DNA of 64,000 bases from the NCBI GenBank assembly GCA_004294385.1, contig REAP01000032.1, forward strand, positions 4,098 to 68,097. Direction: 5' to 3'. The stretch is from Oscillatoriales cyanobacterium. GTDB taxonomy: Bacteria > Cyanobacteriota > Cyanobacteriia > Cyanobacteriales > Microcoleaceae. Shown in pieces: positions 37,299-47,872 of this stretch (position 1 is the stretch's first letter; every line of letters starts with the position of its first letter). Made by a program: the position numbers and the translations under genes. The notes beneath the pieces are model-generated. The model worked only from the letters and a program-made list of their open reading frames with translations. It made no database searches and had not been told where the DNA came from.

Positions 37299-39953
37299 TT
37301 AGCGCGAGATAAAATGTGCCCAAACATTGCCATCCGGCCCCGCAACTTGATTGATATAATTGTAGGGATACATCAACTTTCTACCCTCAGTATCCCTGTA
37401 ACCAGTGAGTGCATCTCCCCAAGGATCTTGCGCGATATAACCCTGGGAATTGTAGCCAATTAAGGTGATAATATGACCAGCCGCCGTAAAATCTCCGGCT
37501 AAAACTATTGGTCGCCGATTCAACAATTCCGATCGCACATCAGCCCATTTCCGAGTCGTACTAAAACTCGTCTTGAACCCGTAAGCCTTAATCAGCGCCG
37601 TAAGTACATTATGATCCGTTTGTGAACCCTGACCCGCATAGTCAAAACACCACTGTAATAATTCATCCTCCAACTGTCCGCCCCACTTAGAACGAATGCC
37701 ATAGTAATAAAACACCATTGCGATCGCAGTTACATTGCAAGTAGACCAATCAAAACGGGGATTGTCACGCTGCGAAAAATAGGGCACATTCAATTCCACA
37801 TTATTTGGAACAGGATCGAAAACTTTATCACCCCGCTTAAACTGAACAGAAGTAGGAACAACAAAACCTGTATTGCCAAAATTCGGAAGTTCTTCAGTTA
37901 AAGAAACCTTCAGATGACTGCCTTCCAAACCGTAGCTTTCCATACCATAAACTCGACCCAAAGGCAGTGTAACTCTTTCTGTTGCACTCAATTTATTAGC
38001 ATCAACTGGTTGTTTTTTGAACACAGTTGGTTGTAGCATTGTTATCGTCAAAGCATCCGGGTCAAAAGTAACTTCTTTCCCTAACTTTTTGATTTGAACG
38101 TGCCGCCAATAGATAAATCCAACATTACCAAAATCGGGAATAGATTCAGCCAGAGTTACCCGGAAATGACCCGAAATGCAAGCATAGCCAGTAATCGCAT
38201 AGGTACTACCTAAAATCAAGTCAGCAACCTGATTTGCTGGGAGTTTAGGTGAATCTTGAGGTGCGCCTTTAATCTGAGTAGTTTGAGTTACTAAAAGTTG
38301 AGCGCTGACGTTTGTATTCGGCACATCAGCTAGGTCAAATTTCAGGATTTTTGTACCTTTTGCCAACTGAACATCGGACTCGTAAAAATAGCCAAAAGTG
38401 CCGATCGGCGTAATTGCCGCATCCAAAACCACCTTGAGATGGCCGTCAATAAATCCGTACTTGTTAACAATCAAAGTTTGACCTGCTTTGACCAGAACTT
38501 TTTGCTGATTGTCTAGTCGGGAAGAGTCCACAGGAGCTACTTTAAATAAAGTATCAGAAACTATCTTTAAAGTCAAATCTTTGCCGACAGTTAAGGGGTC
38601 AGAACTTACGGTAATATAAATGATTTGACTGCCAGTAACATTGCCTTTGCTATCAGTGGCTCGCAGTCGCAGCCAACGAGCTCCAGGCGTGCTAAATCCT
38701 TTGGCTAAATTTACTTGCCAAGTGCCTGCTGTTTGGTTTAGTGTCACCTTTAGTGGCAGCTTATCCTCAGCTATGACTTCAACTTTGACTGCTTCTTGTT
38801 TGTCAAAAGTACCAGAAAGTGCGATCGCCTGATTCAGCAACACTTCCGTCGGACCTTGATAAGTTAAATTTGGTGCCGGATTGAAAGATTTGCCGCCGCG
38901 GGCAAATTGTACAAAATCGGGAAAAATAAAACCGGTATTACCAAAGGGCGGTAAATTTTCAGTAAGGGAGACTTTAATGTGGCCTTGTTCGATGGAGAAT
39001 CCGCTAATTCCGTAAATTATTCCCGCTGGTAAAGTAATTTTTTCCTGTGGTTGCAGAGTCGCTGCATCTACCGGCCGCTTTTTGAAAGCAGTAGTTTTGA
39101 CAACAGTCATGGTGACAGCATTTTTGTCAAAGGGAATTCCTCTCCCATCTTGCAAAATTTGGACGTGCTGCGAGTACAGAAAGCCGGAGTTTCCTAAATT
39201 GGGAATTGCGCGATCGAAGGTGACTCGAAAATGATTTTCTACGCAAGCATAGCCGAGGATATTGAAGGTTTCTCCCTGGCTCAAATCTACTTTTTGATTT
39301 GGGGCTAAAATAGCAGAATCAGCGGGGCTGAGCTTCAATTTGCTTTTCTTGACAACCCACAGTAACTGCATTCCGGGTGGTGGTGTGGGTAAGTCAGTGC
39401 GATCGAATCTGAGAACTTTTGCGCCTTTGGTTAGCAAAACGTGTTCTTCGTAGAAATAGCCAGATTGTCCAAGGGGAGCAATGGGATTTTTGAGGTTTAC
39501 TTTCAGGTGTCTATCGTCTAATTCATAATCAGTGATCAGATAGGTTTGACCTGCAATTGTGTCAGCTTTTTGTTGGTCATTGAGACTAGCTGCTGCCACT
39601 GTTCCCGCTTTAAATTTGGTATTTTGGAGAACAACTAACATCAACAATGGATCGGAGGAATTAGTCGCCGGATTGACTTTGATATTAACTGTTTGTTCGC
39701 CGATAACTTTGCCTGTTTTATCAGTGGCTTTCACTTGCAATGTGCGAGTTCCAGCGTTATTAAATCCTTTTTCTAAACTGATACTCCAACTCCCTGTAGA
39801 TGGATGAATTTCGACATTTAGGACTGTGGTTCCTTCCGTTGCTGAAATCGCAGCAACTTGATTTTTGTCAAAAATTCCAACTAGGGCTGTGGCTCGATTT
39901 GCCTCAATTTCTTGAGGGCCTAAGTATGTCAAAATACTGGTACTGTTTGTCAT
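37299..39953 (-). CDS. C39-like cysteine peptidase with duplicated N-terminal modules
   Basis: C-terminal NVPYFSQRDN...TCNVTAIAM...GHIITLIGY...QDPWG; two Ig-like segments each followed by three T.FK..P......L...QK repeats. Confidence 0.8.
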   Translation of the reverse strand: MTNSTSILTYLGPQEIEANRATALVGIFDKNQVAAISATEGTTVLNVEIHPSTGSWSISLEKGFNNAGTRTLQVKATDKTGKVIGEQTVNIKVNPATNSSDPLLMLVVLQNTKFKAGTVAAASLNDQQKADTIAGQTYLITDYELDDRHLKVNLKNPIAPLGQSGYFYEEHVLLTKGAKVLRFDRTDLPTPPPGMQLLWVVKKSKLKLSPADSAILAPNQKVDLSQGETFNILGYACVENHFRVTFDRAIPNLGNSGFLYSQHVQILQDGRGIPFDKNAVTMTVVKTTAFKKRPVDAATLQPQEKITLPAGIIYGISGFSIEQGHIKVSLTENLPPFGNTGFIFPDFVQFARGGKSFNPAPNLTYQGPTEVLLNQAIALSGTFDKQEAVKVEVIAEDKLPLKVTLNQTAGTWQVNLAKGFSTPGARWLRLRATDSKGNVTGSQIIYITVSSDPLTVGKDLTLKIVSDTLFKVAPVDSSRLDNQQKVLVKAGQTLIVNKYGFIDGHLKVVLDAAITPIGTFGYFYESDVQLAKGTKILKFDLADVPNTNVSAQLLVTQTTQIKGAPQDSPKLPANQVADLILGSTYAITGYACISGHFRVTLAESIPDFGNVGFIYWRHVQIKKLGKEVTFDPDALTITMLQPTVFKKQPVDANKLSATERVTLPLGRVYGMESYGLEGSHLKVSLTEELPNFGNTGFVVPTSVQFKRGDKVFDPVPNNVELNVPYFSQRDNPRFDWSTCNVTAIAMVFYYYGIRSKWGGQLEDELLQWCFDYAGQGSQTDHNVLTALIKAYGFKTSFSTTRKWADVRSELLNRRPIVLAGDFTAAGHIITLIGYNSQGYIAQDPWGDALTGYRDTEGRKLMYPYNYINQVAGPDGNVWAHFISR

Positions 39954-40092
39954 TTCAATCTCCTTGAGGGATGTTTGCAGTTACATCTGGCTTTAAAACT
40001 TGCACAAATACTCTGGGTAATATTAATTCGGATGCTACCGAAATTGATATAACTTCTAATTTTATCAATACAAATGCGCGATCGCAAATAAA

Positions 40093-40121
40093 ACCGCCCC
40101 TAGATTCAGTCTAAGGGCGGT
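40093..40121 (-). terminator. Probable intrinsic terminator after bcp
   Basis: accgcccctaga/tctaagggcggt stem with a minus-strand U run. Confidence 0.5.
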
Positions 40122-40143
40122 AAGTGGTTTTGAGTGCGATCGG

Positions 40144-40584
40144 CTAAACTATGGTGACAAGAATATCTTGAGCGTGAGAGTCAACCTTCATAGTTTCCCC
40201 TTCATAAACTTGAATGATTTTGCCGGTACCGTCGATGACGAAGGTGACGCGCTTGGCATAATCACCTTTCTCGACATCGTAGGCTTTGGTAATCGCGCCA
40301 TCGACATCTGCTAATAACTGGAAAGGCAAATCGTACTTCTCTGTGAACTTTTGGTGTGATGCTTCGTTGTCGCGGCTGACACCGAGAACTACAATATCTT
40401 TACCCTTGTATTCTTCATGGGCTGCTTTGAAGCTTTGGGCTTGTCTGGTGCAGCCGGGAGTGTCGTCTTTGGGGTAGAAGTACAAGATGACGGTTTTACC
40501 CGCGAATTCGGAGAGGGAGACGGTTTTGCCATTCGTGTCTTTGGCGGTAAATTGAGGTGCCGCGCATCCAACTGGTAAAGTCAT
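40144..40584 (-). CDS. bcp: Peroxiredoxin, BCP/PrxQ type (single active-site Cys)
   Basis: LYFYPKDDTPGCTRQAQSF; RVTFVIDGTGKI. Confidence 0.9.
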   Translation of the reverse strand: MTLPVGCAAPQFTAKDTNGKTVSLSEFAGKTVILYFYPKDDTPGCTRQAQSFKAAHEEYKGKDIVVLGVSRDNEASHQKFTEKYDLPFQLLADVDGAITKAYDVEKGDYAKRVTFVIDGTGKIIQVYEGETMKVDSHAQDILVTIV

Positions 40585-40763
40585 AGTTTGTTTCCCTTGT
40601 TTGGTTTTTCTGGCAATTCCTCAACTTATTTTACTTGGTTATGTGCATTTGTAATAGGCTTTTGTTGAAAATCGCGATCGCCTCTAAGATAAATTCCGGT
40701 TGCACCGGAATAATATAGAGGATACGGCAGTGCCCATTGGTGTCAAATTAAGGTTCATTCCAC

Positions 40764-40882
40764 AGTCCGACAGGGGTTTAAACCCCTGCCTCAAAGCTAA
40801 AGTCCTCTCAAGAGGACGGCAGGAGTTCTTCAGTCCTCTTTGAGAGGACTTTAGCTATTAGACAGGGAATTCATTCCCAGGG
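40764..40882. repeat. REPIN-like unit overlapping the catalase 3' end
   Basis: AGTCCGACAGGGGTTTAAACCCCTG...AGTCCTCTCAAGAGGAC followed by an inverted copy containing the catalase stop codon. Confidence 0.85.
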
Positions 40883-42331
40883 ATCGATCGCAATTCCTAA
40901 ACCTTGTGCCACTTGGCGGCCATAATTCGGATCGGCGCGGAAGAAATGGCACAGTTGGCGCATCTGAATCTCCGGTTTTGCTGCACCCAAACTTTCGACA
41001 ATATTAGCGACAAGCCGCTGCTGTGCATCGGGTTTCATCAAGCGATAGAGGTCTCCTGCTTGAGTGTAATCGTCATTGCCTTTACGGTGATCGTAGCGAT
41101 CGACTTTGACATTTCCTAAGTCCCAAGCTGGGTCAGCATAGACACAGTTTTGCTTCGGCGTATCCTCGTGGCTGTTGGGTTCGTAGTTCGGCCCGCTACC
41201 ACCGTTGTTACCCAATGCCATTGCGCCATCCCGCTGGTAGTGCATCACCGGACATTTTGGTTGATTAACCGGCAATTGCTGATAGTTTGCACCGAGACGA
41301 TAGCGTTGAGCATCTGCATAGGACATGATGCGAGATTGCAGCACTTTATCTGGAGAGAAGCTAATTCCTGGAACCACATTAGAAGGAGAAAATGCCGCCT
41401 GTTCGACTTCCGCAAAAAAGTTTTGTGGATTGCGGTTGAGTTCGAGAATTCCCACATTAATTAAGGGAAACTCTGAGTGCTTCCACACTTTTGTCAAGTC
41501 AAAGGGGTTTTCGCGATATTCTGCGGCCTGGGCTTCGGTCATTACTTGAATGCAAAACCGCCACTTGGGATAATTACCTTGTTCTATTGTTTCAAACAAG
41601 TCGCGAGTCGAATGATCGGGGTCTTCGCCTTTAATCCGCATCGCTTCTTCGGCGGTAAAATTTTCAATACCTTGCATAGTTTTGAAGTGGAATTTGCACC
41701 AAACTCGTTCTCCTTGATCATTGATTAGGCTGAATGTATGGCTGCCAAAACCGTCCATGTGGCGGTGGTTTTTCGGCGTACCGCGATCGGAAAACAAAAT
41801 TGTCACCTGATGCAGAGATTCTGGACTTAAAGACCAGAAATCCCACTTAGCGTTAGGATCTTTGAGATGGGTTTGGGGATGGCGCTTTTGGGTGTGGATA
41901 AAATCAGGGAATTTAATCGGATCGCGAATGAAGAAAACAGGGGTATTGTTACCAACTAAATCCCAGTTACCTTCTTCGGTGTAGAATTTGAGCGAAAAGC
42001 CTCTGGGGTCACGTTCGGCATCTGCTGAACCTTGTTCGCCGCCTACGGTAGAGAAGCGGAGAAGAACCTGAGTTTGTTTACCAATTTCTGAAAATAACTG
42101 AGCTTTACTATAGCGAGTAATGTCATGGGTGATGGTCAAGGTGCCAAATGCAGCGGCTCCTTTAGCATGGACAACGCGCTCTGGAATGCGTTCTCGGTTG
42201 AAGTGAGCCAGCTTTTCCATCAGGTGAAAATCCTGCATGAGAATAGGCCCGCGTTCACCCGCTGTCAGGGAGTTCTGGTTATCTGCAACGGGAATCCCGT
42301 CCGCCGTTGTCAATGTTTTGTGTTCTGTCAT
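40871..42331 (-). CDS. Monofunctional small-subunit heme catalase
   Basis: [54 protein letters not shown]. Confidence 0.95.
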   Translation of the reverse strand: MTEHKTLTTADGIPVADNQNSLTAGERGPILMQDFHLMEKLAHFNRERIPERVVHAKGAAAFGTLTITHDITRYSKAQLFSEIGKQTQVLLRFSTVGGEQGSADAERDPRGFSLKFYTEEGNWDLVGNNTPVFFIRDPIKFPDFIHTQKRHPQTHLKDPNAKWDFWSLSPESLHQVTILFSDRGTPKNHRHMDGFGSHTFSLINDQGERVWCKFHFKTMQGIENFTAEEAMRIKGEDPDHSTRDLFETIEQGNYPKWRFCIQVMTEAQAAEYRENPFDLTKVWKHSEFPLINVGILELNRNPQNFFAEVEQAAFSPSNVVPGISFSPDKVLQSRIMSYADAQRYRLGANYQQLPVNQPKCPVMHYQRDGAMALGNNGGSGPNYEPNSHEDTPKQNCVYADPAWDLGNVKVDRYDHRKGNDDYTQAGDLYRLMKPDAQQRLVANIVESLGAAKPEIQMRQLCHFFRADPNYGRQVAQGLGIAIDPWE

Positions 42332-42519
42332 GGTTGGTAAATCGATTGCTGTATCCTCAGTGTTCCATAGGTTTCTGGGAGGGGGGTCTATCTGTGGAGG
42401 TAATTCTCAGATGTGCGATCGGATGTTAGATTATAAGTGTGTTTTCAAAATTTGCTGAGTCAATTAAAACTAATAACCTGTCCTAAAATAGAAGAGACAT
42501 CCTATATTAATTCCCTACC

Positions 42520-42837
42520 ATGTCGATCGCCGTCATTAAAGAACATATCGAAATCACCCCAGGAATTTGTGGGGGAAAACCCCGTATCGCCGGACATCGC
42601 ATCCGAGTTCAGGATATAGTTGTTTGGCACGAACAAATGGGAATGTCACCAGACGAAATTCTGTATCACTATCCGAGTATTACTTTATCTGATATCTATG
42701 CAGCTTTAGCCTATTATCACGATCGTCGAGATGAAATTCGCTCTGCAATCGAAGCAGATGCAGAATTTGCGCGCCAATTGAAAGCTCAAACCCCATCGCT
42801 ATTGCAACAAAAATTAAAAAATCGTCAACATGGCTAA
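42520..42837 (+). CDS. DUF433-family antitoxin
   Basis: IEITPGICGGKPRIAGHRIRVQDI...YPSITLSDIYAALAYY. Confidence 0.9.
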   Translation: MSIAVIKEHIEITPGICGGKPRIAGHRIRVQDIVVWHEQMGMSPDEILYHYPSITLSDIYAALAYYHDRRDEIRSAIEADAEFARQLKAQTPSLLQQKLKNRQHG

Positions 42838-43162
42838 GATAAAATTTCATCTTGACGAAAATATAACTCTTGCCATAGGGAATGGATTGCGAAGACGTGG
42901 AATTGATGTCACCACAACTCCAGAACAAGGAATGATCGGGCAATCCGACGAACAACAATTAGCATTTTCCCTGTCTCAAGAGCGAGTAATTTTTACCCAA
43001 GATACGGATTTTTTAAGATTGCATCATGCAGGTTTGTCTCATGCGGGTATTGTTTACTGTCCGCAAACCAGTAAATCGATTGGGGAAATTTTGCAAGGAT
43101 TAGTATTAATTTGGGAGGTACTGAATGCTGAAGAAATGAACAATCATTTGGAGTATTTGTAA
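42830..43162 (+). CDS. DUF5615 PIN-like toxin
   Basis: FHLDENI...SDEQQL...RVIFTQDTDF...HAGIV; overlaps the upstream antitoxin by 8 nt. Confidence 0.9.
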   Translation: MAKIKFHLDENITLAIGNGLRRRGIDVTTTPEQGMIGQSDEQQLAFSLSQERVIFTQDTDFLRLHHAGLSHAGIVYCPQTSKSIGEILQGLVLIWEVLNAEEMNNHLEYL

Positions 43163-43313
43163 AAATAGGCGATCGGCACGTCGAGCCTGAGTATTAATCT
43201 TACCGCAGTTAAGAGGACTTATGAAAAGAAACTCGGTTTTTACGATAAATCAGAGATTTGGCAGCGAGGCATCGCAGAAACCGGGTTTCTAGCCTCCGGT
43301 GCATAAATCGCAA

Positions 43314-44681
43314 TTAATTTTTACAACAACTTATAACATATTCTCGAACAACAAGAGATAAATCAAACAAGACTTTCTCTCCTTCTATTCTTTTGAGTAA
43401 ATAACGTTGACGCAACGATCGCAACCCATTCATTAAGTCCATTGATGACAGAGATAAACTTTGGCTTAAATCTTCCCTTGACACAGGTAAGTCAAATTTA
43501 CTTAATTGTAAAAGAATCTCTTGCTCTGTGGGTGATAGCCGTTTGAATAATTCAGTCAACCGAGATTTAATATCTTTAGTGACTATTAAACTATCTTCTT
43601 TTAAAAAATCAGCAACTTTGCCACCAAAAATACTTTTAATTAAACTGGCAATATCTTTTAAATCAACGAAATTTCCTCCGTACATATCGCTAAACTCCGC
43701 CCAGGCTTCATCATCTTTTAAACCCCATTTTTTCAAGATTTCTGTATGGTCTAATCCTTGTAAATCTAAGCACTTAATAGGATATAAATCCTCATCCAGG
43801 CTAATCATTTCTTGACATTGTTCCTGACTTATTAAAATGAAGCTACTTTGATGTTCTATATTTGTCATCATTTTCAATAAATTTTGGAAATTTTTAGATT
43901 CCGTTTTGAACTCTCCTGCCAATTCTCCCTTAATAAATAATTCTTGGAAATCATCAAGGATGATTAAACATCTTTGTTGACGCAAAAGATTGAAAAATTG
44001 AGTTAACTTATTATCGGTTTGAATAAGCTCATCATTAACACCGATTAAAATTTCATTAATAATGGCATCTAAAGATTGAGATAGTTTGAGATTTTTCCAG
44101 ATTACTACCTCAAAATGTTGTAAATTTAGGTCAACAAACTGTTTGACTAGGGTGGTTTTGCCAATTCCACTTAATCCTAAAACTGAGACTAGATGAAGAT
44201 TTTGGTCGATTAACCAGTGGGAGAGGGTTTGAAGTTCGAGAGTGCGATCGTAAAAGCTGGTGATTTTAGGGGCTAGGGTTAAATCGTGATACAGAGATTT
44301 AGATTGATTCTTAGTTATATTCTCTTGATTGTCTTTGTTTGTATTATATAAAATTTGTGGATTAAAATTAAAGTTGTGATTACTACCATTTACATGACAA
44401 ATATTTCGATTTTGAGATGATTGAATATGTAATCTGTGGAAAGTAGAGCGAAAATTATGCTTATTAATATCTTCACCTAACTGTTTAGATAAAATTTGCC
44501 ATAGCTGACGCCCAACATTTCTAACACGACTTTCGCTACGCTTACAATCATCAGCAATTTCATCATAGGTCTTTCCCTGGTAAACCCCTGTAACTACAGC
44601 CTTTTGAACATCATCTAGGTGTTTTCCTGTCTTGGTGAATACCAACTGATCCGCACATTGTAAAACCTCTGTAACATTCAT
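43314..44681 (-). CDS. STAND-class (NB-ARC-like) ATPase with N-terminal HTH
   Basis: N-term KHLDDVQKAVV...KTYDEIA; FYDRTLEL; Walker A GLSGIGKT; Walker B LIILDD; C-terminal winged helix; no WD40/TPR tail. Confidence 0.8.
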   Translation of the reverse strand: MNVTEVLQCADQLVFTKTGKHLDDVQKAVVTGVYQGKTYDEIADDCKRSESRVRNVGRQLWQILSKQLGEDINKHNFRSTFHRLHIQSSQNRNICHVNGSNHNFNFNPQILYNTNKDNQENITKNQSKSLYHDLTLAPKITSFYDRTLELQTLSHWLIDQNLHLVSVLGLSGIGKTTLVKQFVDLNLQHFEVVIWKNLKLSQSLDAIINEILIGVNDELIQTDNKLTQFFNLLRQQRCLIILDDFQELFIKGELAGEFKTESKNFQNLLKMMTNIEHQSSFILISQEQCQEMISLDEDLYPIKCLDLQGLDHTEILKKWGLKDDEAWAEFSDMYGGNFVDLKDIASLIKSIFGGKVADFLKEDSLIVTKDIKSRLTELFKRLSPTEQEILLQLSKFDLPVSREDLSQSLSLSSMDLMNGLRSLRQRYLLKRIEGEKVLFDLSLVVREYVISCCKN

Positions 44682-44866
44682 AAAATGTATCCACAGTAAA
44701 TTTTTGACTATTATAGTATATTTTAAGACATTACATTAATTTTTGTTAAAATTGGTTTAATTTTGGAAAAAAACACAAGATAAAATAAGATATTTTAAGC
44801 TTGTGTTCGCTTGATAAACTATGTATAGTGAATTCTATGATTTTGTTTTAAACAAGGCACTTCAAT

Positions 44867-45229
44867 ATGTCAATGCCCCAAGAAATGACTGATGCTAATC
44901 TTAGATCTATTCCATCCGGTCTATCTGGCATTTATGCAATATACCATAATTTTGATGGAGAAATTGATACTGCTTATGTAGGAAGAGCCAAAGGGACACC
45001 CGGAAGTTGTATTAAGACCAGACTTCAAAAACATTTTAGTGGTCAAGATAAGCAGCGCATTGGAAGTGTGATATCCACCAGCCAAAAGGAAAAGGAGTTT
45101 TTCTTTTCTTATGAAGTGATTGAAACCTATGAAGAATTGAAGAGAATTGAAAAATCAGAAATTGTGAATATCCTACCAGCGGGGAACGTCCAACGCAATT
45201 TCAAGATTGAAGATTTAGGTATAGAGTGA
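44867..45229 (+). CDS. GIY-YIG nuclease family protein
   Basis: SGIYAIY...AYVGRA...KTRLQKH...EKSEI...LPAGN contains the GIY, YIG, Arg, His, Glu and Asn elements. Confidence 0.75.
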   Translation: MSMPQEMTDANLRSIPSGLSGIYAIYHNFDGEIDTAYVGRAKGTPGSCIKTRLQKHFSGQDKQRIGSVISTSQKEKEFFFSYEVIETYEELKRIEKSEIVNILPAGNVQRNFKIEDLGIE

Positions 45230-45304
45230 ATTATAAATATTTTTAAAATTCATCTCGATCAGACAGAGTTAAACACAAGTTAGTGACAAGAGAGGTAAAA
45301 GTTT

Positions 45305-45976
45305 ATGAGTGATGATCAAAGTGTTAAGTATGCAGTGGACTTGGTGATGTGTATTGATGGCACAGGTTCAATGGGTCATTTAATTGAAGAAGTGAAGTCA
45401 GCCGCTCTCAAGTTTTACGAGCAGCTAGAAGCTAAGATGAAAGAAAAAAGTAAAAAAATCGATCAACTGAGAGCTAGGGTAATTGTATTTCGGGATTATT
45501 GGGCAGATTCACCCGATAAGGTGATGCAATGTTCCGAGTTTTTTGATTTGCGATCGCAGTCTTCAGATTTTGCTAATTTCGTTTCTCCAATTAAAGCTGA
45601 CGGTGGTGGCGATGAACCGGAAAATGGCTTAGAAGCGGTTGGGTTAGCACTTAAGTCAAAGTGGGAAAAAGGAGACTTTAGTAAACAACGATATGTAATA
45701 ATTGTTTACACCGATGCTAGCGCTCATAGTTTAGGCAAAAGCCCTAAGCCCAGTCATTATCCTAATGATATACCAAAAAGCTTTGATGATTTGACTGATT
45801 ATTGGCACGATATACCAACATCAGCCAAGCGTTTATTACTGTTTGCACCTGATGCTGAACCCTGGACAATGATGAGTAGTTGGGAAAATACGATTCATTA
45901 TGTTTCGGAAGCAGGTAATGGATTAGAAGAACTAGAAATAGATCAAATTTTAGAAGCGATATCGGGGAGCATATAA
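45305..45976 (+). CDS. vWA domain protein
   Basis: MIDAS-like DLVMCIDGTGSMG; GGGDEPENGLEA; IIVYTDA. Confidence 0.85.
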   Translation: MSDDQSVKYAVDLVMCIDGTGSMGHLIEEVKSAALKFYEQLEAKMKEKSKKIDQLRARVIVFRDYWADSPDKVMQCSEFFDLRSQSSDFANFVSPIKADGGGDEPENGLEAVGLALKSKWEKGDFSKQRYVIIVYTDASAHSLGKSPKPSHYPNDIPKSFDDLTDYWHDIPTSAKRLLLFAPDAEPWTMMSSWENTIHYVSEAGNGLEELEIDQILEAISGSI

Positions 45977-46075
45977 GCAGGTTTGTTAATGAGCTATCTA
46001 AGTTAACTTAATTACTAAAATATGTATTAAGTTAACTTTTTAAATCACCTACAATTTCCAATAAAAAATTCAATT

Positions 46076-47866
46076 ATGGCTATGACTAAATTTAATTTAG
46101 TAGTAAATATAGAAGTTGCTGAAGACAAAGGCGAAGATGCCAACCTAGCTGAAGATTTTGGACAAACTTTCTTGATGGGCGTCTTTGACGGATTAGGAGG
46201 CCGATCGGCTGGTTACGGTGGTAAAACGGGGGGACGTATTGCTTCAGAAGAATCATCTCACATCAGCAAAACATTCTTCAAACAATGGCACGGTGAAATA
46301 AAGCCAGAAAATGTCATTCAATTGCAACAGCAAATTTGCCGATCGCTGAAAATTAAAGCAGATATCAATATGCCGAAAACTTCATCTCGGCTAAAAGGTT
46401 CTTTAGTCGAACATAAACTTTGTACAACGATCGCCCTGGCTAGCATTCCCAAGCAAAAAGGACAAGAAAGAATTTTTGAAGCTAACTTGGCTTGGATGGG
46501 AGATTCACGAATTTATTTTCTCAGTCCAACTAAAGGTTTACAACAACTTACTAAAGATGACTTAGTAACTTCCAAAGATGCCTTAGAAATGCTGAGACAA
46601 GATCCACCCATGTCTCAATATTTAACTGCCGATATAAATCCGACATGGCAAATTCATTTTCAGCATTATGAAATTGAAGGATCGGGCTGTTTTTTAGCTT
46701 GTACTGATGGCTGCTTTCAGTATTTTTCTGCTCCTTGGGAATTTGAAAAATTGTTGCTAGAGATGCTCTCTAAGTCAGAAGGGGATACAATGGATAAAAA
46801 TACTTGGCAACAATTAATTAAACAAAGATACACAGAGATTAAGCAAGATGATGTTTCTTTAATTCTCTATCCAGTAGGATTTAATGGAATAAAGCACTTA
46901 AAGAGTTCTTATCAAGAACGTTTGCAGTATCTCCAAGAAAACTTTATGGCTCCTACAGCTAATAGTCGCTATGAGGATGTACAAACTCTGTGGGAAAAGT
47001 ATAAAATTGATTATGAATATTATTTCCAATTTATTCAAGATATTCAGCCAATAGCTACTCCTAAACTATCCGTGTCAGAAGATTATCCCTCCAGTTCAAA
47101 CACTTCTGCCACTTCTAGTTTGAGTACACAAGAACTTAATCAAGTCTTTAAACAGAAAGCAGCAGCCAAGGCTGAAGAAATTCAAACTTTGTTGGAGCAG
47201 GCTTACTGTTATTATGAAAATAATCGCTTAAAAGAAGCTCAAAATTTGTGCATTCAAGTTTTGAATATTGAGGTTCATTACAGTGAAGCTAAATATCTTT
47301 TAGGATTGATTTACACTAAATCAGCTCTTACCGAAAGCAATTATAACAGAGGAGAGTTATTCAAAAAGGCAGGTTCCTACTTCGAGGAACTTGTTTTAAA
47401 CAAGTCGGCTGTGGAAAAACTTATAGCTGTCGAAAAAATTGTGGAATCATACCGAATTCTAGGTTTTATTTACTATTCTTTAAATAGCCCAAACAAGTCT
47501 GTTCATTATTATCAAATATTTTTTAAGAGTGAGGGTTCAGACAAATTAGACAACTGGCAGGAAGACTTGAACTTTTTTGTGATCTCTCTGAGGAATTCCA
47601 CAGGCAATAAATGCGAATCGGCTAATTCAGCCATACAATTTTGTCACCGTCTAGTTCATAATACTAAACTCTTACCTTATGGTAGAAATACTGTAATTTA
47701 CTACTTTATGGCACAACTACAAGAAATAGAAGGAGAATTAAATGCAGCCTTGAATAGTCTTCAAACAGTCTTGGGAAACTATTTGCAACTGGATTATAAA
47801 ATGCACCAAGAAGCGCAACAAATGTATCATAAAATTATGAATAAGTTAAACGGCAGGAGATATTAA
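46076..47866 (+). CDS. PP2C-family Ser/Thr phosphatase with C-terminal TPR-like repeats
   Basis: GVFDGLGG, LCTTIALA, WMGDSRIY, LACTDG, QDDVSLI; C-terminal helical repeats (AKYLLGLIY, YRILGFIYY, IYYFMAQL). Confidence 0.8.
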   Translation: MAMTKFNLVVNIEVAEDKGEDANLAEDFGQTFLMGVFDGLGGRSAGYGGKTGGRIASEESSHISKTFFKQWHGEIKPENVIQLQQQICRSLKIKADINMPKTSSRLKGSLVEHKLCTTIALASIPKQKGQERIFEANLAWMGDSRIYFLSPTKGLQQLTKDDLVTSKDALEMLRQDPPMSQYLTADINPTWQIHFQHYEIEGSGCFLACTDGCFQYFSAPWEFEKLLLEMLSKSEGDTMDKNTWQQLIKQRYTEIKQDDVSLILYPVGFNGIKHLKSSYQERLQYLQENFMAPTANSRYEDVQTLWEKYKIDYEYYFQFIQDIQPIATPKLSVSEDYPSSSNTSATSSLSTQELNQVFKQKAAAKAEEIQTLLEQAYCYYENNRLKEAQNLCIQVLNIEVHYSEAKYLLGLIYTKSALTESNYNRGELFKKAGSYFEELVLNKSAVEKLIAVEKIVESYRILGFIYYSLNSPNKSVHYYQIFFKSEGSDKLDNWQEDLNFFVISLRNSTGNKCESANSAIQFCHRLVHNTKLLPYGRNTVIYYFMAQLQEIEGELNAALNSLQTVLGNYLQLDYKMHQEAQQMYHKIMNKLNGRRY

Positions 47867-47872
47867 TAATCG

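Noticed and set aside
42424-42440. TTATAAT half-site upstream of catalase as a PerR/Fur box
   Set aside because: Only one half-site matches, which is too weak in AT-rich DNA.
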